Assembly (NCBI GenBank): GCA_964016885.1
Contig: OZ024759.1
Location: forward strand, 33,108,001 to 33,172,000
From: Eledone cirrhosa
Lineage: Eukaryota
Direction of reading: 5' to 3'
DNA length: 64,000 nt
In this document: piece after piece, positions 55,615 through 64,000 of the stretch
Layout of the letters: the number at the start of each line of letters is the position of its first letter
How positions within the stretch are numbered: the first letter of the stretch is position 1
Position numbers and translations under genes: made by a program
Notes under the pieces: generated by a model
Database searches by the model: none
What the model was told of the DNA's origin: nothing
Seen by the model: only the letters and a program-made list of their open reading frames with translations

Positions 55615-56660
55615 TCGCCTCTTTATCTTATGGTCACCATGTCTGATGAATACTAACATTTTTAAATTGTACTTCGGTATACATACATGTGTATATGTGT
55701 GTGTTGGTGGATGTGCGTGTGTGTTTATGACATAACTGCTTATCAAAATTACATTATAGAAAGTAGTGTACACATTGCCAGTACAACTGTATGTGAAACC
55801 AAATCTTAGTTTCATCTCGTGCAAACATTGTATATTTTAAGTGTACTTTCTAGACTTTAACAATTTAAACAAAAGTTCTCTAAACAAAACCTAGTATATT
55901 TTCGGAAATGTTCGCTGAACACATTGCCAAATTTAAAACCAATTTGAATTAAAGCCCATGTTGTGTGTGTACATTTACCACGATGTATATTTGCTGGGAT
56001 ATTTATAGTAATTCACTGCGTTCTTAACTTGAAATTTCATTAATTAAAAAGATGCAATATACATCTGTTGTTAATCTTGGTTACCACCTGGGAAACGTAA
56101 GAGAAACCACCTATAGAAGAGGTCAAAGAAAAATGTATATAAATTCAATTAACATGACTTGCACACACATGGGTCAGTGTAGATTTTAATTAAAACTTTA
56201 AATTAGACTCCTAGGGAGTTAAGAAAGTAAAGGTTGTCACGTTTTTCTATATTGAAATCTGCGTCTATCATGAAATCGTTTGATAATTGAAATAAAATTA
56301 ATGTTAAAATTTACATTTATGTTTCAAATACAGATTTTGTTTTTCTTTTCTACAGCTACATCTACCAAGAATTAGAAATTTTGTTGGATATTTACGTAAC
56401 ACTTGTACGGTCGCGGGGTCTCAAGTTTCCACTTATGTACTGGTGGAGATGGACGGGCAACGTGTCATAAAATATTCCAAATATTTCAGATCTAGGGCAG
56501 GGCGGTGGATTGTTATAGTCGTTAGAATGTTGTTTACATGCTTAGCAATACTTCTTCTAGTAGTTAAATTTCGGTTTTCGTTTCACTCCGAGGTCAACTT
56601 TATTTTCAGACCTCTCAAGCCTACGAATCCACCAGGGGGCACGGGACATTCTCCTATCCA

Positions 56661-56729
<69 letters not shown>

Positions 56730-56806
56730 ATGACGAAACATAATGACGAAACATAAGTCAATTGCATGAACTCATAATCCTTTATTTACTGCTATATATA
56801 TTTCGA

Positions 56807-56894
<88 letters not shown>

Positions 56895-56974
56895 CATATA
56901 TGAACTCATTAAGCGCTATACGTTGTCTTTGGTTTTCATTGTTCAACATGTATGTATATTTATATATGTATAAA

Positions 56975-57044
<70 letters not shown>

Positions 57045-57067
57045 TATATATAAATATATATATAAAT

Positions 57068-57098
<31 letters not shown>

Positions 57099-57152
57099 GT
57101 GGTAGAATACTGGAAGGTAATATCCGTAGTGGTAGAGCACTCAGTCCATGGG

Positions 57153-57232
<80 letters not shown>

Positions 57233-57260
57233 TGGTTACACAACAATTAGTTCACCATAA

Positions 57261-57297
57261 CGAGAACATTGTTTCGCCTTAGCGGATCCTCAGCCCG
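57261..57297 (-). ncRNA. Hammerhead ribozyme (minus arm)
   Basis: CGGG-CUGAGGA-UCC-GCUAA-GGC-GAAAC-AAU-GUU-CUCG. Confidence 0.72.
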
Positions 57298-57324
57298 TAA
57301 TGGACATGGTTACACGGAACATTA

Positions 57325-57362
57325 CGAGCTGAAGATACGCTAGGGTGAAACAATTGTTCTCG
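57325..57362 (+). ncRNA. Hammerhead ribozyme (plus arm)
   Basis: CGAG-CUGAAGA-UAC-GCUAGG-GU-GAAAC-AAUU-GUU-CUCG. Confidence 0.72.
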
Positions 57363-57459
57363 GTATGGTGAACTAACTGTTGTGTAAACACTTCTACTTA
57401 ACTCGTCCCATGGACTGAGTGCTCTACCACTACGGATATTAGCTTCCACTGTTTTACCA

Positions 57460-57519
<60 letters not shown>

Positions 57520-57557
57520 TTGCGAGGTTTTTTATATGAAATCGTGTGTCGAAACAG

Positions 57558-57839
57558 ATATTGTTATATTTGGGGAGGGTCATATTTGCGTAATATTGCC
57601 AGAATTAATAACAGAACACACTCACTGTTTGGTTGGTTTTCGCTTCTCGCTGTCTTTTATATATATATATCTGCGATCTAACTTACTCGGTCCTGAATGT
57701 TGCAACATTGAGGACCGAGTAAGTTAGATCGCAGATATAAAAGACAGCGAGAAGCGAAAACCAACCAAACAGTGAGTGTGTTCTGTTATTAATTCTGGCA
57801 ATATTACGCAAATATGACCCTCCCCAAATATAACAATAT
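57558..57839. repeat. About 280-bp near-perfect palindrome
   Basis: Centre AATGTTGCAACATT at about 57701; the arms match apart from the length of a TA run. Confidence 0.9.
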
Positions 57840-57841
57840 AT

Positions 57842-57872
<31 letters not shown>

Positions 57873-58054
57873 ATAAATGTAATCTGAGTTTTTCGAATAT
57901 TGATAATAACATTCAATTCGTTTGCAATTATGCAATCAAGCCTCAATTTTAAAGCCATGTCAGTAGAATGAAGCCTTCATTCTTGCTCCTTATATATATA
58001 TATATATATATAGATGAATATATATATATATTTATATATATATATATATATATG

Positions 58055-58125
<71 letters not shown>

Positions 58126-58253
58126 GGATATATATATCTATATATATATATATATATGTATATATATAGATGAATATATATATATATATATATATAGATG
58201 AATATATATATATATATATATATAGATGAATATATATATATATATATAGATGA

Positions 58254-58534
<281 letters not shown>

Positions 58535-58654
58535 TGAATATATATATGCATTTTTATATATATATGTATATATAAATGTAGATATATATAAATGAATATA
58601 TATATGAATTTATATATATATATATATATATATATACATGAAAATATATATGAA

Positions 58655-58714
<60 letters not shown>

Positions 58715-58730
58715 TGAATATATATATGAA

Positions 58731-58764
<34 letters not shown>

Positions 58765-58786
58765 TGAATATATATTTATGAATTTA

Positions 58787-58867
<81 letters not shown>

Positions 58868-59009
58868 GTATATAGATGAATATATATATGAATTTATATA
58901 TATATATATATGTATATATATATGGATATATATATGAATTTATATACGAATTTATATATATATATGAATATATATATATATGAATTTATATATATATATG
59001 TATATATAA

Positions 59010-59044
<35 letters not shown>

Positions 59045-59059
59045 AATATATATATATAC

Positions 59060-59091
<32 letters not shown>

Positions 59092-59430
59092 TCATATATA
59101 TATATATAGTATATATGAGTTGAAAGGACATCCGATTGTGGTGGTAGCAGGTAGCTGTGGACATTGAAAGGAAAGACGAGAACCAAACTAACGACCCACA
59201 TCTCATTAATACACAAGATGATCCATTTCACATTTCAACATCTTTGATCCTCTCTAACTATCTACGTACATGTTATAAGAGAAAGAGACATTACCAGCTT
59301 AATCCGTCCGGTTTATATATTTAAAGATATAATTATGTACTTAAAATATATGAATATCGCTTCTCTCCATCGACTCTGTTTGTAATGTCCTCTTTCTTTT
59401 GAAATTTGTACATGGACGTCAGTTAGATCA

Positions 59431-59484
<54 letters not shown>

Positions 59485-59575
59485 TATATAAATCATATAT
59501 TACGTGCTTATATATATATATATTTATATATATATTATAAGTATATTTACTCTTACACATATGTACATGTATGTT

Positions 59576-59610
<35 letters not shown>

Positions 59611-59664
59611 CATGTATTATGTGCATATATATATATTATAAGCATATTTACTCTTACACATATG

Positions 59665-59731
<67 letters not shown>

Positions 59732-59742
59732 GCGCATACATA

Positions 59743-59775
<33 letters not shown>

Positions 59776-59778
59776 GCG

Positions 59779-59862
<84 letters not shown>

Positions 59863-59863
59863 C

Positions 59864-59895
<32 letters not shown>

Positions 59896-60040
59896 ATATA
59901 TATATACGCATATATATAAATGTATATGAATACACACATATATATATATATTTATTATATAAACATATATACATATGTACACTCGAAACAACTATACGGC
60001 TAATGCACTTTTAGTAGGTAAATGTAGATACATACATACA

Positions 60041-60103
<63 letters not shown>

Positions 60104-60847
60104 AAATACTTTTGAACATCAAATACACTCCGTTCGCCTGCTAGTTATATTTTGAAGTTAAAAGCGAGATTTGCAAATATTGTATTGAAATAAGCTGATT
60201 TCAACAAACATGCAAATGTAAAGCCTCACTTGAGGAAAACCTATGCAATATATATTGCTGAAGAACAAAGATTCTTTAAATTTTAGATGTTGTTGGAATT
60301 ATTCGCCAATAATTGTGGCAATTTCATTGATTTTCCTTTCCTCTTTTATTTCCTGTATCTCGTTCTATTCTGCCACCATATTTAAACTGAGTAATATGCA
60401 AAGGTTCTGATGATAGTTATAGATCTAATTGTTTATCACAGATTAGGACGAAAGCTGGTTTGTATTTATTTGCTCTTCTATGAAAATAAATAGTCAAAAT
60501 GTGTATTCACTTCACGCCCATATTTGTATACTTGCTTTGCTTAGAAATCTGATAGATGTCACGGAATTTCTCTCCAGCTCCATTCAACTGTTATATGAGA
60601 TTAAATGATCAATATATGTTTACTATGGTACGGCATACTTTCAGATAGTTATAGCATATTTATAATATACGGACCATATAACATAGATTTGTTATGATAA
60701 ATGGAACTATCTGCAGACTTTTGACACACACAAAGCAGCGAGACGATACATTTACACCCAAACGCACACACTCACACTCATAAACACACATCTCTCTTTT
60801 CCGATCGCATATATTCACTTCTATCTAATTTCACATATACACACACA

Positions 60848-60992
60848 TTTAGTTATTCATTTACACACACATATATTCATATATATATATATATATATAC
60901 GTCTGTGTGTGAGTACGTAAATAAATAACCATATATAATATATATATATATATATTATATATGGTTATTTATTTACGTACTCACACACAGAC

Positions 60993-61033
<41 letters not shown>

Positions 61034-61061
61034 TATATGTGTGTGTAAATGAATAACTAAA
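60848..61061. repeat. Perfect inverted repeat centred on (TA)n
   Basis: TTTAGTTATTCATTTACACAC...TAACCATAT / ATATGGTTA...GTGTGTAAATGAATAACTAAA. Confidence 0.9.
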
Positions 61062-61064
61062 ATC

Positions 61065-61652
61065 ACTGATGAAGGACTATTTTTACCATATGTAACCCAT
61101 GTGCCACCACACAGTATTCATTCTTCTCATGTTTTTTATATATAATTTCCCCAACTGCGTTTGTCTGTTTCTCTCTTACTGCTTCTCCCTCCTCTCTCTG
61201 TTTTTCTCACCTTATTTCGCCCCCTCTGTCAGTTACACTTTCTCTCGACTGGCCTCTTCCTCGCACTTCCACACACTCAGTCTCTGCTTCTCCCCTATTC
61301 ACTTCCTCCCGTTTGGCCAGAAGTGGGGTCCTTTCTAGCTCACACCTCACTCGCGTCGCCCGGTCTGTTGTCTCTCGCTCATGAAATCCAAACAGTTTAA
61401 GCTGATCGGATTCCCATGTGCTTGTTTTTACCTATCTTTGCGTTGCTATCCTTCTATGTTTGTTTACTTCTCTCGCTCGCTTTACGCGATGTACTTGTCC
61501 CAATAGCTTTATTTAGCTATTGCACGCACCAACTGGAGGTATATGATTTTTAAAGCGATGAAATACCAATGAAGGTTGGAAAATAACTGATGGACTATTT
61601 TTACCATATGTAACCCATGTGAAACCACGCAGTATTCATTCTTCTCATGTTT
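61065..61652 (+). mobile_element. Element with about 70-bp direct terminal repeats carrying degenerate hammerhead-like motifs
   Basis: 61065-61134 and 61586-61652: ACTGATG(AA)GGACTATTTTTACCATATGTAACCCATGTG(AA)ACCAC.CAGTATTCATTCTTCTCATGTTT. Confidence 0.6.

Positions 61653-64000
<2,348 letters not shown>

Larger units (their letters stand above)
57228..57462. mobile_element. Fold-back element with a hammerhead on each strand
   Basis: Arms at about 57230-57302 and 57320-57393; tail with ACTGAGTGCT at 57414; an inverted tail copy at 57098-57158. Confidence 0.8.

Overview
AT-rich, microsatellite-saturated animal DNA. It is most likely octopus (inferred from the abundant tRNA-derived SINE with core GCCTTTCATCCTTACGGGGTCGATAAAATAAAGTACCAG and the extreme (TA)n load). 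I see no recognisable host gene; almost all ORFs in the track are translations of simple repeats. Conventional content: about 20 SINE copies, decayed LINE 3' fragments (RTE-type, R4/Dong-type with a restriction-like endonuclease, Tx1/L1-like), a frameshifted mariner transposase running into a 200-N gap, a Tc1/mariner MITE, and tandem arrays including 10+ copies of a 97-bp unit cut from an RTE ORF. The main unexplained signal is a dense set of short (about 100-350 bp) non-coding elements from about 10 otherwise unrelated families. They sit between (TA)n tracts, many fold back as hairpins, and they carry hammerhead-ribozyme cores (CUGANGA...GAAA...NUH). Most also have a shared ATYGAGYRCT box about 30-57 nt from the (TA)n junction. 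They look like Penelope-like-element pLTR derivatives but include unusual ribozymes: long stem II insertions with a conserved internal module, a recurrent CAGAAGA core, and a hairpin with a hammerhead on each strand. All ribozyme folds were made by eye, are untested, and have approximate boundaries.
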